Part shown: positions 42,372-53,203 of the stretch, one piece after another
Layout of the letters: every line of letters begins with the position of its first letter
Position numbering within the stretch: position 1 is the stretch's first letter
From: an uncultured Dehalococcoidia bacterium
GTDB lineage: Bacteria > Chloroflexota > Dehalococcoidia > Lucifugimonadales > UBA2985
Assembly (NCBI GenBank): GCA_964578255.1
Contig: CAZOCC010000028.1
Location: 10,055 to 74,054 of the forward strand
Length of the DNA stretch: 64,000 nucleotides
Direction of reading: 5' to 3'
Notes under the pieces: model-generated
Databases searched by the model: none
Told to the model about the DNA's origin: nothing
Seen by the model: the letters and a program-made list of their open reading frames with translations, nothing else
Program-made: the position numbers and the translations under genes

Positions 42372-43166
42372 ATGCCTAACATACTGGACAAAATCGTTGA
42401 TACTAAAAGGGAAGAACTTCGACATAGCAAAATCGAACGACCATTCTCGGCTTTGGAATCTTATGTGAAATCACTGCCAACACCCCTTAATCTCTCCGGG
42501 GCATTGATGGGAGACAATGTTCGTCTTATTGCTGAAGCGAAAAAAGCATCCCCTTCTAAGGGGCTACTCCGAGCCGATTACAACCCTGCAGATCTAGCCA
42601 ACATATACGCCTCCAACGGCGCAGCTGCTATGTCTGTGCTCACAGAAACAAATAATTTCCAAGGATCATTGGATCATTTGGAATCAGCAGCTGCGGTTAT
42701 GAGACCCCTTGGCATTCCCATACTTAGAAAAGACTTTATATTCGATCCGTATCAAATTTATGAATCCAGAGCCCATGGGGCTGACGCTGTTTTGTTAATA
42801 GTCTCAATTCTTTCCAGAGAAAACTTGTCAGACCTTCTCGCAATTTGCAAAAGTCTTTGGATACAGGTGCTAACGGAGGTTCACAATGAAAAAGAGTTGG
42901 CATTGGCCTTATCATGTGGATGTGAAATCATTGGTATAAACAACCGAAATCTGAAAACCTTTGAGACAAATTTATCTACAACAATAGACCTAGCGCCTAA
43001 AGTACCGGCAGGTCATGTCCTGGTAAGTGAAAGTGGCATCAATCAGCATAGTGATTTGGTAAGGCTCGGCAGGCTTGGCATCAATGCCGTACTGGTGGGG
43101 GAAGCAATCGTCACTGCGCCAGATCCCGGGCACAAGATAAAGGAACTACTTCATGATCTCAATTAG
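42372..43166 (+). CDS. trpC: Indole-3-glycerol-phosphate synthase
   Basis: IAEAKKASPSKG; SVLTE; LRKDFI; GINNRNL; SESGI. Confidence 0.97.
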   Translation: MPNILDKIVDTKREELRHSKIERPFSALESYVKSLPTPLNLSGALMGDNVRLIAEAKKASPSKGLLRADYNPADLANIYASNGAAAMSVLTETNNFQGSLDHLESAAAVMRPLGIPILRKDFIFDPYQIYESRAHGADAVLLIVSILSRENLSDLLAICKSLWIQVLTEVHNEKELALALSCGCEIIGINNRNLKTFETNLSTTIDLAPKVPAGHVLVSESGINQHSDLVRLGRLGINAVLVGEAIVTAPDPGHKIKELLHDLN

Positions 43167-43174
43167 GAGACATT

Positions 43175-43861
43175 TTGACCACAGTGAAAATTTGCGGCAT
43201 TAAATCCCTAGATAGTGCTCTAACTGCAGCAAGAGCAGGTGCGGAGTTTTTGGGCATCGTCTTCGAGTCGCATAGCAAGCGATATCTAGACCCAGATTCC
43301 AGCAAAGTCCTGATAGATTCCTTCAAGGCACATTGGCATCTCGACAGGCCACTATGGGTAGGAGTCTTCGCTAATCAACCCCTTGAAGAGGTAAATCACA
43401 TTCTGAACTATTGCAATTTGGATATGGCTCAGTTATCGGGTCAAGAAACACCGCTCTACTGCAAGAATGTGATAAGACCGGTATTGAAAGTGATCCACAT
43501 CAATGACGACACGCCGACTGAAACATCAGTCCAGGACGCAGATAGATTGCTGACAACATATAAAGAAACTTGCGATTTACTGATGTTAGATACTTTTAAA
43601 CAAGGCATCTTAGGTGGAACAGGACAACAATTCAACTGGGACATCGGCATGGACCTTTCAAGTCGACATTCACTAATGCTAGCCGGTGGGCTTAACCCAG
43701 AGAATGTTTCCCAAGCCATCCGTACCATACGGCCCTGGGGTCTGGACGTCTCAAGTGGCGTAGAAACAAACGGAGAGAAAGACCTCTCGAAAATTGCCAG
43801 TTTCATATCTGTAGTGACTCAAACTGACAATTCATCAGAACATCCCTATAATATGCAATGA
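43175..43861 (+). CDS. trpF: Phosphoribosylanthranilate isomerase
   Basis: VKICG; GGTG..FNW; [10 protein letters not shown]; DVSSGVE. Confidence 0.95.
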   Translation: MTTVKICGIKSLDSALTAARAGAEFLGIVFESHSKRYLDPDSSKVLIDSFKAHWHLDRPLWVGVFANQPLEEVNHILNYCNLDMAQLSGQETPLYCKNVIRPVLKVIHINDDTPTETSVQDADRLLTTYKETCDLLMLDTFKQGILGGTGQQFNWDIGMDLSSRHSLMLAGGLNPENVSQAIRTIRPWGLDVSSGVETNGEKDLSKIASFISVVTQTDNSSEHPYNMQ

Positions 43862-43886
43862 AACATTCAGTACACAGAGTAAGCAA

Positions 43887-45098
43887 TTGAGTTACGCTAA
43901 ACAATCTATCCCAGATGAATTAGGGCATTTCGGTATTTATGGGGGCAGTTTTGTGCCTGAAACCCTCATGGTTGCCCTGAACGAATTGACAACTAAATAC
44001 CTTGGCCTGAAAGATGATCCTGATTTCCAATCTCGCATTATCCATTATCTCCACACATATGCAGGTAGGCCCACCGCGATGTACATGGCCAGTAATCTCT
44101 CTGCATGCGCCGGCGGAGCCAAGATATATCTAAAACGGGAAGACCTCGCTCATACCGGAGCCCACAAGATCAACAATGCGCTGGGACAAGCTATGGTGGC
44201 AAAGGCCATGGGTAAAACTCGCGTAATAGCAGAGACTGGAGCAGGACAACATGGAGTCGCAACCGCTACTGCGTGTGCGGTTTTGGGCCTGCAGTGCCTT
44301 GTTTACATGGGAGAGGAAGACATCAACAGGCAAACCATGAATGTATACAGAATGCAACTATTGGGAGCCGAGGTTGTACCTGTCAGTTCCGGCAGCCGTA
44401 CCCTTAAAGATGCTATTAATGAGGCTATTCGAGACTGGGTAACAAACGTGGACAGTACATACTATCTAATCGGCAGTGCTGTTGGTCCACATCCTTACCC
44501 AATGATCGTTAGAGATTTCCAACGAGTCATTGGAGTGGAATCCAAACAACAAATTCTCGAAATAGAAAACAGACTACCCACGCACCTCGTGGCATGTGTC
44601 GGTGGCGGAAGTAATGCGATAGGTCTTTTCCATCCGTTTATAGAAGATCTATCAGTCAAGTTAATCGGCGTTGAAGCAGCTGGCTCAGGTTTGGCATCAG
44701 GTCAACACGCGGCAACACTGGTAGCTGGCCGACCTGGTGTGTTACATGGTTCACGAGCTTATTTACTACAAGACAAACATGGCCAGATAAAAGAAACTCA
44801 TAGCATATCTGCAGGGCTGGATTACCCCGGAGTGGGCCCTGAACATAGCTACTTGAAAGACATAAAGAGAGCTGAGTATGTGTCTGTGACTGACGACAAG
44901 GCCCTTGAAGCATTCCACCTGTTGTCCAAAACCGAGGGCATTATACCTGCATTGGAATCTGCCCACGCAATATCGTACGCTGTTAAACTCGCCCAAACAT
45001 TAAATCCCAAAGAAATAATCTTGGTTTGCCTAAGCGGAAGAGGCGATAAAGACGTGGAAACCGTCTCGAAATTGTCCAACAATGTTCAACCTGCCTAG
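43887..45098 (+). CDS. trpB: Tryptophan synthase beta chain (TrpB1 type)
   Basis: [15 protein letters not shown]; AETGAGQHG; CVGGGSN; [13 protein letters not shown]; SGRGDKD. Confidence 0.97.
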   Translation: MSYAKQSIPDELGHFGIYGGSFVPETLMVALNELTTKYLGLKDDPDFQSRIIHYLHTYAGRPTAMYMASNLSACAGGAKIYLKREDLAHTGAHKINNALGQAMVAKAMGKTRVIAETGAGQHGVATATACAVLGLQCLVYMGEEDINRQTMNVYRMQLLGAEVVPVSSGSRTLKDAINEAIRDWVTNVDSTYYLIGSAVGPHPYPMIVRDFQRVIGVESKQQILEIENRLPTHLVACVGGGSNAIGLFHPFIEDLSVKLIGVEAAGSGLASGQHAATLVAGRPGVLHGSRAYLLQDKHGQIKETHSISAGLDYPGVGPEHSYLKDIKRAEYVSVTDDKALEAFHLLSKTEGIIPALESAHAISYAVKLAQTLNPKEIILVCLSGRGDKDVETVSKLSNNVQPA

Positions 45099-45155
45099 GG
45101 AAACATGTTACGTTATAGCCCTAAGCTTCCCTCTATATCCTGATAGTCTTATTTC

Positions 45156-45184
45156 TTGAATCCAATCAATCGGCCCTGTATACT
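45156..45184 (+). promoter_or_regulatory. Internal promoter for thrB-lysC, probably leaderless
   Basis: TTGAAT, 17 bp, TATACT; thrB ATG 6 nt downstream; no Shine-Dalgarno. Confidence 0.62.
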
Positions 45185-45190
45185 CCCGAC

Positions 45191-46096
45191 ATGCAGGGTG
45201 ATCAAGTTTCAGTAAGGGTTCCCGCTACTTCTGGCAACATGGGGTCGGGGTTCGATTGTTTGGGCATTGCCCTAGATTTATGGAACCACGTGACAATTAG
45301 CGTGGCTGATAAATCAGAGGTGACTGTTGCTGGAGAGGGAAGTCTCACTCTGCCACCCAACAGTAGCAACTTGATTTACGAATCTGCTCAGGCCGCTTTC
45401 AACATGATCGGGAAACCTGACATCAAAATTTCAATTGCTTGTCAAAATCAGATACCCTTACAGCGTGGATTGGGCAGTAGTGCGGCTGCGGTAGTGGCTG
45501 GTATAATAGCCGCAAATGCCCTGTGTGAGGGACAGCTTGACACTCAATCCATGCTTGAATTAGCCACAGCCATAGAGGGCCACCCAGACAACGTGGCGCC
45601 AGCACTGCTAGGAGGCTGCCAGGTAGTAGTAAGGGACAACAAAAGAATAATTGCCGAGAGCATTCCGATTAACGCTGACATTACTGCAATAGTGTTCATA
45701 CCAGACATGCGCATGCCAACGAATGATGCTAGATCTGTACTGCCTTCCAAAATCATGCTTGAGGACGTAGTGTACAATCTTGGCAGAGTGGCAATGTTGG
45801 TAAATAGTTTGTCCGGGAATAGATTAGAGAATTTGATGATAGCTACTCAAGATAGGTTGCATCAGCCAGCAAGAGCAGCCATTTTCCCTGGTATGAATGC
45901 AATATTCCGGGCAGCAAAAGGTGCTGGGGCATCCGGTGTCTTCCTCTCAGGAGCCGGGTCTAGCGTACTTGCCTTAGGCACAGCTAGGTGTATGACGATA
46001 GGTTACGAAATGGCCAATGCTGCGGATAAAGCTGGTGTTACAGGCACTATAAAGATAATGAAGCCGTCTAATCTTGGAGCACATATAATCTCGTAG
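45191..46096 (+). CDS. thrB: Homoserine kinase
   Basis: [16 protein letters not shown]; [16 protein letters not shown] motif; EGHPDN; SGAG. Confidence 0.96.
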   Translation: MQGDQVSVRVPATSGNMGSGFDCLGIALDLWNHVTISVADKSEVTVAGEGSLTLPPNSSNLIYESAQAAFNMIGKPDIKISIACQNQIPLQRGLGSSAAAVVAGIIAANALCEGQLDTQSMLELATAIEGHPDNVAPALLGGCQVVVRDNKRIIAESIPINADITAIVFIPDMRMPTNDARSVLPSKIMLEDVVYNLGRVAMLVNSLSGNRLENLMIATQDRLHQPARAAIFPGMNAIFRAAKGAGASGVFLSGAGSSVLALGTARCMTIGYEMANAADKAGVTGTIKIMKPSNLGAHIIS

Positions 46097-46110
46097 AGGA
46101 TGATGAGTGC

Positions 46111-46836
46111 ATGTCTAGCATAATAGTACAGAAATATGGGGGTAGTTCCCTAGCCAATGCCGAGAGAATTCAGTCGGTAGCCAATATAATCATTAAATCA
46201 AAAGATGCTGGTAACCAGATGGTTATAGTAGTCTCTGCTATGGGCAATACAACCAATGAATTAACTAGCCTAGCCGCTTCTATATCTGAAAAACCTGATG
46301 AAAGGGAACTGGCAATTCTTCTGTCAACTGGTGAGATAATATCTTGTTCATTGCTGACCATGGCTCTTCGAGCTTTAGGCTATAAGGCCATCAGTCTGAG
46401 TGGCGGTCAAGCAGGCATTCACACCAATATGGACTACAACAGGGCCAAGATAACCGACGTTGATCCGAAACGCATCCTTAAAGAATTACGAGAAGACCAG
46501 ATTGTAGTAGTAGCTGGATTTCAGGGCATTACCCAGGAAATGGACATAACTACACTAGGTAGAGGCGGTTCTGATATAACCGCTGTGGCACTGGCAGCCG
46601 GATTGGATGCTAGAATATGTGAGATCTATACGGATGTAGAGGGTATATACACTGCAGACCCTAGAATTGTGCCCGAGGCACGTGTGCTTGCAGAGATCGG
46701 ATATGAAGAGATGCTAGAATTGGCCAGTTACGGGGCCAAAATGCACCCACGGTCCATAGAATTGGGGGCTATGTTCGATTTACCTATACTAGTGACATCC
46801 AGTTTCACAGACACACCCGGAACACTTATTCACTGA
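46111..46836 (+). CDS. lysC: Aspartate kinase catalytic domain, ending at an in-frame TGA before the ACT domains
   Basis: VQKYGGSS; VVSAMG; TTLGRGGSD; [13 protein letters not shown]; PGTLI. Confidence 0.9.
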   Translation: MSSIIVQKYGGSSLANAERIQSVANIIIKSKDAGNQMVIVVSAMGNTTNELTSLAASISEKPDERELAILLSTGEIISCSLLTMALRALGYKAISLSGGQAGIHTNMDYNRAKITDVDPKRILKELREDQIVVVAGFQGITQEMDITTLGRGGSDITAVALAAGLDARICEIYTDVEGIYTADPRIVPEARVLAEIGYEEMLELASYGAKMHPRSIELGAMFDLPILVTSSFTDTPGTLIH

Positions 46837-46848
46837 GAGGCCGATAAA

Positions 46849-47334
46849 ATGGAATCTAGAAATCGAGTACGCGGAATAGCTCACAACAAGAATGTTGCCA
46901 AGATTACTGTATTGGGGGTGCCAGATCGAGCAGGTATATCGGCGGCGATTTTCTCCCCGCTTGCGGAAAAGGGAATCAGCGTAGATACAATAGTTCAAAA
47001 CGCAAGTGTTGACCATATCACTGACTTAACCTTTACTGTAGCCCGAGCCGATCTTGAGGAGGCGATCGCAACAATTGAGCCCGTGGCTACAAATATGGGG
47101 GCCCGAGGTTGTATAACAGATTCGAAACTTGCCAATGTAAGTATCGTTGGCACCGGAATGCAGCACTATCCTGGCTACGCCTCACGCATGTTCCAGGCAC
47201 TGTATGAAGCCGATGTTAACATAGAAATGATTACCACTGCGGAGATTCGAATAACATGTATTGTTGCAGAAGACAAAGTGGAGGCAGCAGTGTCTGCGTT
47301 GCATAAAGCCTTCCAGCTTGATGAAGTTGACTAA
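46849..47334 (+). CDS. Aspartate kinase regulatory (beta, ACT-ACT) subunit
   Basis: VPDRAGISA; VDTIVQN; SIVGTGMQHYPG; NIEMITTAEIRI; same frame as the upstream catalytic ORF. Confidence 0.9.
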   Translation: MESRNRVRGIAHNKNVAKITVLGVPDRAGISAAIFSPLAEKGISVDTIVQNASVDHITDLTFTVARADLEEAIATIEPVATNMGARGCITDSKLANVSIVGTGMQHYPGYASRMFQALYEADVNIEMITTAEIRITCIVAEDKVEAAVSALHKAFQLDEVD

Positions 47335-47356
47335 AACAAGTTAGAGTTCGTATCTC

Positions 47357-48088
47357 GTGACCAAATGCTATCTGTCCATCGTAATCCCTACCTACAACGA
47401 GGAATCGCGAATAACACAAACTTTGTCTGCATTGTTGGATTACGCTCAACAATTGGACTACTCTTACGAAATCATTGTTGCCGATGACGGGAGCGAAGAT
47501 TCCACAACAGATTTGGTTGAGTCTGTAGCCAGTCAACATCCCTCCATTCGTCTGGTCAAACTTGAACATCGAGGAAAAGGTTGGGCGATCAAAAACGGCA
47601 TATTGCAAGCAGAAGGTAGGTACAGATTCATAGCCGACGCTGATCTATCGATGCCTATAGATAATTTGGGAAGATTTATCCCAACCGCAATAAAGGATTT
47701 CGATATAGCGATAGGATCAAGAGAGGTGCCAGGTTCTCACAGGTTTCGAGAACCTTTAACACGGCATCTTATGGGCCGAACATTCAATTGGATAGTTCGT
47801 CTGTTTGCAATAAAGGGACTCCGTGATACTCAATGTGGCTTCAAGTGTTTTCAAGCTCACGCAGCTGAGCTTTTATTCCCCTTGCAGACCGCCAATGGAT
47901 TCGGTTTCGACGTCGAGATTCTATTTATAGCGCAACGCAAAGGATTGCGAATTAATGAGGTTCCCATTGACTGGCATTACCACCAAGGGAGCAAAGTTAA
48001 GCCGGTTAGGGACAGCATATTGATGCTGAAGGATCTGGCGATGGTTCGCCTGAATGCTATTTTGGGTAAATATGGCCCCAAGCTTTAA
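47357..48088 (+). CDS. GT2 glycosyltransferase (polyprenyl/dolichyl-phosphate glycosyltransferase-like)
   Basis: SIVIPTYNE; DDGSED; GKG; DAD; DTQCGFK; FDVE. Confidence 0.9.
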   Translation: MTKCYLSIVIPTYNEESRITQTLSALLDYAQQLDYSYEIIVADDGSEDSTTDLVESVASQHPSIRLVKLEHRGKGWAIKNGILQAEGRYRFIADADLSMPIDNLGRFIPTAIKDFDIAIGSREVPGSHRFREPLTRHLMGRTFNWIVRLFAIKGLRDTQCGFKCFQAHAAELLFPLQTANGFGFDVEILFIAQRKGLRINEVPIDWHYHQGSKVKPVRDSILMLKDLAMVRLNAILGKYGPKL

Positions 48089-48318
48089 CTAGATCTTTTC
48101 CGGTTGTGGTTAATGCTCAACTGGAATGCACCACACCCGAAGATCCGTGAGCAAATATCTGACCGTGACCGCGAGACAAAATTTGATTCCATATGACCTA
48201 AGGGGATTGCAATCAGGGCATCAGTATGTATACAATGCGTCTCCAAATTACACTTTAAGAAGACAGAAGCCTTACTTCTTACTTCTTGAAGACTTACTTA
48301 ATGTTTGTATAAATTAAT

Positions 48319-49167
48319 ATGAGACCAATAAACAACGATACATCGCAAACCAAGCGCAACATGATAAGAGATGCCATATCTTTGGCATCGTTAGGCCGAT
48401 GGCAAGAGGCCGTGAATCTTAACCGGGAAATCATTAGTCACAATCCTCGTGATATTGAGGCGTTTAACCGCCTTGGCAAAGCTCTTTCGGAACTAGGTCG
48501 CTTCAAGGAATCAAGAGAGGCGTTTAGCGAAACCATCCGCATATCCCCCACTAACGTAATAGCCAAGAAAAATCTCGAAAGATTGGCTCGAATTAAGTAT
48601 GAAGCAGCACCACCAAAAACGGGGCCGAAAGTTGGCCCAGAGCTGTTTATTGAAGAGCGTGGCAAATCTGCAACTATAAACCTGAAAAACCTACCCGCCA
48701 GCATGATTCACCTACAGATGACACCAGGAGATGCCGTAGTACTCAAAATTTCGGGACGTGGCGTGTTAGTTGAAAGTCCTGAGGGACAATACTTGGGAGA
48801 AATAGAAATAAACATTGGGAAGCGAATAGCTAACCTGATTGGTGGTGGCAATAAATATGCTGCAGCAGTAGCATCGGCCAATGACCAAACTGTAATTATC
48901 ATGATCAAAGAAACTTACCAGCATCCTAGTCAGGCTGGAATTATTTCGTTCCCTTCGACCAAACAGGGCGGAGGCGGACTCTATTCATACCTGGAAGTCC
49001 CCCAATTACCCATAGATATGGAATTAGAAGAAGACCCTGAGATAATGAGAACCCCGATTATAGACTGGGACGAGGATGGAGAGCCCAATATAGCCGGCCC
49101 TCCATCGGAAGATGAACAACCATATCTCTCTGGTCGTGGCGATAGTGAAGAACCACTGCTTTTCTGA
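48319..49167 (+). CDS. TPR-repeat protein with central HIRAN-like domain and acidic tail
   Basis: TPR pattern (W..A...N; AFNRLGKALSELG...E...A; P.N..A..NL); D/E-rich C-terminus. Confidence 0.7.
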   Translation: MRPINNDTSQTKRNMIRDAISLASLGRWQEAVNLNREIISHNPRDIEAFNRLGKALSELGRFKESREAFSETIRISPTNVIAKKNLERLARIKYEAAPPKTGPKVGPELFIEERGKSATINLKNLPASMIHLQMTPGDAVVLKISGRGVLVESPEGQYLGEIEINIGKRIANLIGGGNKYAAAVASANDQTVIIMIKETYQHPSQAGIISFPSTKQGGGGLYSYLEVPQLPIDMELEEDPEIMRTPIIDWDEDGEPNIAGPPSEDEQPYLSGRGDSEEPLLF

Positions 49168-49272
49168 TATTGCCCACTAGATAGTGGTATTCTAAAGGAT
49201 CTGAGTTTGCTGATTGAAGACTCATTTTGTATTCTATAGCCCTCATCCTTTCCTAACTCAATGACTTGATGT

Positions 49273-50673
49273 ATGATCGACCGAATGATGTCGCAAATTT
49301 CTAGACGTATATACCCTTTAGACCCAAGAGAACTGACTGAAGAACAAATTGCTGTGGTTTTCGCCATGACCTCGCGCAATCCCGAATCGTTTGACAACAT
49401 AGCCAAGATTGTTAATGCTGAAAAGGCAGCTAATTTTCACGAGCGTTGGGTCCTTAACTATGGCCATTCATCTGTTGCTGAACATGCGATACTGCATATG
49501 GCAGTGGAAAACATATCCCGCCTCGCTTGTGACACATTGGAAGATAACCGCTTAGCATCGTATACCGAAAAATCTTCCAGATATCAGCTATTATCCCGAG
49601 GCCATTATTATATCCCACAGGAAATTAAGCCTGGTAGGGAAATGAATTTATATACAGAAACCTGTGACTATCTGTTCCAAAGCTACGAAGAAATCCTAGA
49701 CGGATTGCTAGTATATTTGGCAAATATAACACCTAGGGGATCTGAAGAGAGATCAGCCTCATATAATTCACGATTGAGAAGAGTAGCAACAGATTCTTGC
49801 CGATTCCTATTGCCTGCTGCCACACTAACAAACGTCGGTGTAACTATGAACGCGCGATCTATGGAACACGCAGTACGCAAACTGCTTTCATCAAATTTAA
49901 TCGAAGAACAGGAAATAGGCGAATCTCTAAAGGGCCAAGGACGAACAATAACACCAACTTTGATAAAATATGCCGACAGGAACGAATATTTAGTTGTCAC
50001 TAGAGACGCCCAAGACCACATTCAAGCACCTCAATCTCTGTCAACTTCGTACTCAGATTGCCAAGCTAATCTGGTACACTCCGATCCGCTGGCACAGTCC
50101 AAATTAGTATCTGCATTAATGTACAGATTCTCCTCGCAAACATATGAGCAAATATGGGAAACCGTTCAAAGTATGGACGACTCTCAGATGGAGGGTATTA
50201 TTGATCAATGCCTGAACAAACTTGGCCCACATGATATACCAATAAGGGAACTGGAAACGGTAGATTACAGTTTTGATATGATTATGGACTATGGAGCATA
50301 TAGGGAATTCAAAAGACACAGAATGCAAACTTACATTGCACAGCCACTGACCACTAACTTGGGGTTTGTGGTGCCCGAATTGATCCAAGAGGCAGGATTG
50401 GAACAATCCTTCAGCAACGCTATGGAAAAATCAAACGAGGGATTCAAGGCCATTGCTGAGTCTTTGCCAGAAGTTGCCCAATACATGGTGACACACGCCC
50501 ATCTCAGGCGATCATTGTGCAAAATCAATCTGAGAGAATGCTATCACCTGTTCAAATTAAGGACCAGCCCCCAAGCTCATTTCACTTTAAGAAGAGTCAT
50601 GAATCAGGCCCTCAACCTGGTCACAGAACGGCACCCGTTGTTATTCAAACACTTGAAAATCAGGACGGACTAA
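49273..50673 (+). CDS. thyX: Flavin-dependent thymidylate synthase, tandem two-domain form (start may be ATG 49285)
   Basis: GHSSVAEH; EKSSRY; RFLLP; second domain RELE, KRHR, INLRE..H...LR. Confidence 0.9.
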   Translation: MIDRMMSQISRRIYPLDPRELTEEQIAVVFAMTSRNPESFDNIAKIVNAEKAANFHERWVLNYGHSSVAEHAILHMAVENISRLACDTLEDNRLASYTEKSSRYQLLSRGHYYIPQEIKPGREMNLYTETCDYLFQSYEEILDGLLVYLANITPRGSEERSASYNSRLRRVATDSCRFLLPAATLTNVGVTMNARSMEHAVRKLLSSNLIEEQEIGESLKGQGRTITPTLIKYADRNEYLVVTRDAQDHIQAPQSLSTSYSDCQANLVHSDPLAQSKLVSALMYRFSSQTYEQIWETVQSMDDSQMEGIIDQCLNKLGPHDIPIRELETVDYSFDMIMDYGAYREFKRHRMQTYIAQPLTTNLGFVVPELIQEAGLEQSFSNAMEKSNEGFKAIAESLPEVAQYMVTHAHLRRSLCKINLRECYHLFKLRTSPQAHFTLRRVMNQALNLVTERHPLLFKHLKIRTD

Positions 50674-50692
50674 CAATCCAACATCTTCAAGA

Positions 50693-53158
50693 CTAGTTGC
50701 CGTCAGAAGACATGCCCGTCTTGCTGATACTCGCCAAGGTAGCAACCGTCATATCCGCCTTTTCCTTGTCTCGCATGATCCAAACGCCTTGGGTAACCCT
50801 GCCTTTCACTGGAATTTCTGCCAAGCTCAATCTCTCAATGATACCCTGATCAGAGACCAGAATAATCTCAGAAGCATCCAACACTAAATGTGCAGCTGCA
50901 ACCGGCCCGGTTTTATCAGTTATCCTCAGGGTCATCACTCCTTTCCCTCCACGTCGGGTTTTCCTGTACGTCTCTATAGGAGACAATTTGCCGAAACCTT
51001 TCCGGCTGACTACAAATAATTTTGCACCTGGAGTAGCGATATCCATGGACACTACCCTATCCTCTGGGGAAAGTTTTATCCCCCTAACGCCACCAGCTTG
51101 GCGACTTCTCCTACGTACATTCGCCACTTCGAATCTTGCCGCCAGCCCAGTTTCAGTAACCATTACCACTTCATCTTCCTCTTGAGCGCATCTGACTGAC
51201 ACAAGTTCGTCTCCAGGCTCCAAGTCCATCGCCCTAAGTCCATTCCTCCTTATATTTGCCAGCGCAGCGAATCCTATCCTCTTGATTTCCCCGCGCCTAG
51301 TAGCCAACATAATAAATTCGTATGGATCGTTTGGAGATGTGGCCAACACTGCATTGGTCTGCTCGCCTTCAGCTATTGACAGCAGGTTAACTGCCGGAAT
51401 GCCCCTGGTTGTACGTGAAGCATCCAGGGGTATTTCAAAACATTTAATAGAGTACACTTTGCCCAAATTTGTAAAGAACAGCAATTTGTCATGTGTATCA
51501 GCTACCAATAGATGTTGCAATACGTCAGATTCGCGGGTGACCATACCGGTAATACCTCGACCGCCTCTGTGCTGAGCACGGTAGGTATCCAACGGCATTC
51601 TCTTAACGTATCCCCTCTGCGTTATGGTTATCACCATTTCCTGATGAGGTATCAAATCCTCTCTGGTAGGGGCATCAGGTTCTTCATCGAGGACCTCTGT
51701 GCGTCGATCATCACCGTAATCCTTCCGGATTTTCTTCGTTTCTCTTTTAACCTCAGCGTAAACCTTGTCCTGGTCACCCAAAAGGTCCTCGAGCTCCGCA
51801 ATGGTCTTCTGCAATTCTTGGAACTCTTCTTCAATTCTATCTCGTTCTAATGCGGCAATACGCCTCAACTGCATATCAAGTATTGCTTGAGCCTGTAACT
51901 GAGATAGGTTATACCATTCCATCAATCCCTGTCTGGCCACATCAACGTTGGCTGACTGACGAATTAAAATGATCACTTGATCCAGGTTCATTAGCGCTAC
52001 CCGCAACCCTTCAAGTATATGTGACCTCTCTTGAGCTTTTTTCAACTCAAATTGGGCACGGCGAGTAATTACTTGCCGACGAAAATCGACATAATGCCTA
52101 AGGAGTCTTTTCAATGGCAACACCTGTGGTTGTCCATCTACCAATGCCAAGGTATTCACAAAAAACGCCGTTTGCATTGATGTGTGCTTATAGAGATTGT
52201 TCAGAACTATTTCTGGTTGGGCTTCTCTCCTCAAATCTACCACAACCCTGAGTCCATGCCTGTCAGATTCGTCCCTGACCTCGCTTATGCCGTCCACCTT
52301 TTTTTCCTTTGCCAATAGGGCAATCTTCTCCACTAGAGAAGCTTTGTTAACCTGAAATGGTATTTCGGTCACAACTATCTGTTGCCGGTCTCCTCGTTTT
52401 TCTGCTTCTTCAATAGTCGCTTTAGCTCTAACCAGCACGCGGCCACGTCCTGTGGAGTAAGCGCTCAATATCCCCTCTCTTCCCATGGCAATGCCTCCAG
52501 TAGGGAAATCAGGGCCTTTGACATAACGCATCAAATCCTCAACCGTAGCATCTGGATGATCTATGAGATGTACGGCCGCATCGCAGATTTCTCGCAGATT
52601 ATGGGGGGGTATGCTGGTTGCCATACCGACGGCTATGCCAGAAGCACCATTTATCAATAGATTAGGAAGTAGCGTTGGCAATACCTGAGGTTCTTTAAGC
52701 GTGTCGTCAAAATTGACGGCAAAATCAACGGTGTCTCTATCTATATCCGCCAACATGTTTTGGGCAATACCTGAGAGCCGGGCCTCAGTGTATCGCATTG
52801 CTGCTGGTGGATCGTCATCAATGCTACCAAAGTTACCCTGTCCATCTACTAGGGGATACCTAAAGGAGAAATTCTGTGCCATGCGGACCATGGCTTCATA
52901 CACCGGGCTATCGCCATGAGGATGATATTTTCCAAGCACTTCTCCAACTAAACGTGCGCTTTTCTTGTAAGGCGTATTGGATCGCATGCCTAGATCATCC
53001 ATTGCATAAAGAATTCGCCGCTGGACTGGCTTCAAGCCATCCCTTACATCCGGCAATGCCCTAGCGACGATCACACTCATTGCGTAATCTAAGTAGGAGT
53101 TGCGCATCTCGTCTTCTATGCGCACGGAACGGATATTACCTGCAAACGGAACTACCAT
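50693..53158 (-). CDS. gyrA: DNA gyrase subunit A
   Basis: [10 protein letters not shown]; HPHGDS; AAMRYTE catalytic Tyr; GyrA-box QHRGGRG; beta-pinwheel C-terminal domain. Confidence 0.97.
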   Translation of the reverse strand: MVVPFAGNIRSVRIEDEMRNSYLDYAMSVIVARALPDVRDGLKPVQRRILYAMDDLGMRSNTPYKKSARLVGEVLGKYHPHGDSPVYEAMVRMAQNFSFRYPLVDGQGNFGSIDDDPPAAMRYTEARLSGIAQNMLADIDRDTVDFAVNFDDTLKEPQVLPTLLPNLLINGASGIAVGMATSIPPHNLREICDAAVHLIDHPDATVEDLMRYVKGPDFPTGGIAMGREGILSAYSTGRGRVLVRAKATIEEAEKRGDRQQIVVTEIPFQVNKASLVEKIALLAKEKKVDGISEVRDESDRHGLRVVVDLRREAQPEIVLNNLYKHTSMQTAFFVNTLALVDGQPQVLPLKRLLRHYVDFRRQVITRRAQFELKKAQERSHILEGLRVALMNLDQVIILIRQSANVDVARQGLMEWYNLSQLQAQAILDMQLRRIAALERDRIEEEFQELQKTIAELEDLLGDQDKVYAEVKRETKKIRKDYGDDRRTEVLDEEPDAPTREDLIPHQEMVITITQRGYVKRMPLDTYRAQHRGGRGITGMVTRESDVLQHLLVADTHDKLLFFTNLGKVYSIKCFEIPLDASRTTRGIPAVNLLSIAEGEQTNAVLATSPNDPYEFIMLATRRGEIKRIGFAALANIRRNGLRAMDLEPGDELVSVRCAQEEDEVVMVTETGLAARFEVANVRRRSRQAGGVRGIKLSPEDRVVSMDIATPGAKLFVVSRKGFGKLSPIETYRKTRRGGKGVMTLRITDKTGPVAAAHLVLDASEIILVSDQGIIERLSLAEIPVKGRVTQGVWIMRDKEKADMTVATLASISKTGMSSDGN

Positions 53159-53203
53159 ATATCTATCCTCTCTTATCTGAGGTCTAATATGAGTCTTATT
53201 CTG

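Noticed and set aside
46834-46836. Selenocysteine or alternative genetic code explanation for the lysC TGA
   Set aside because: The position is a linker rather than a Cys site, no SECIS-like hairpin follows, and TGA ends many other genes normally
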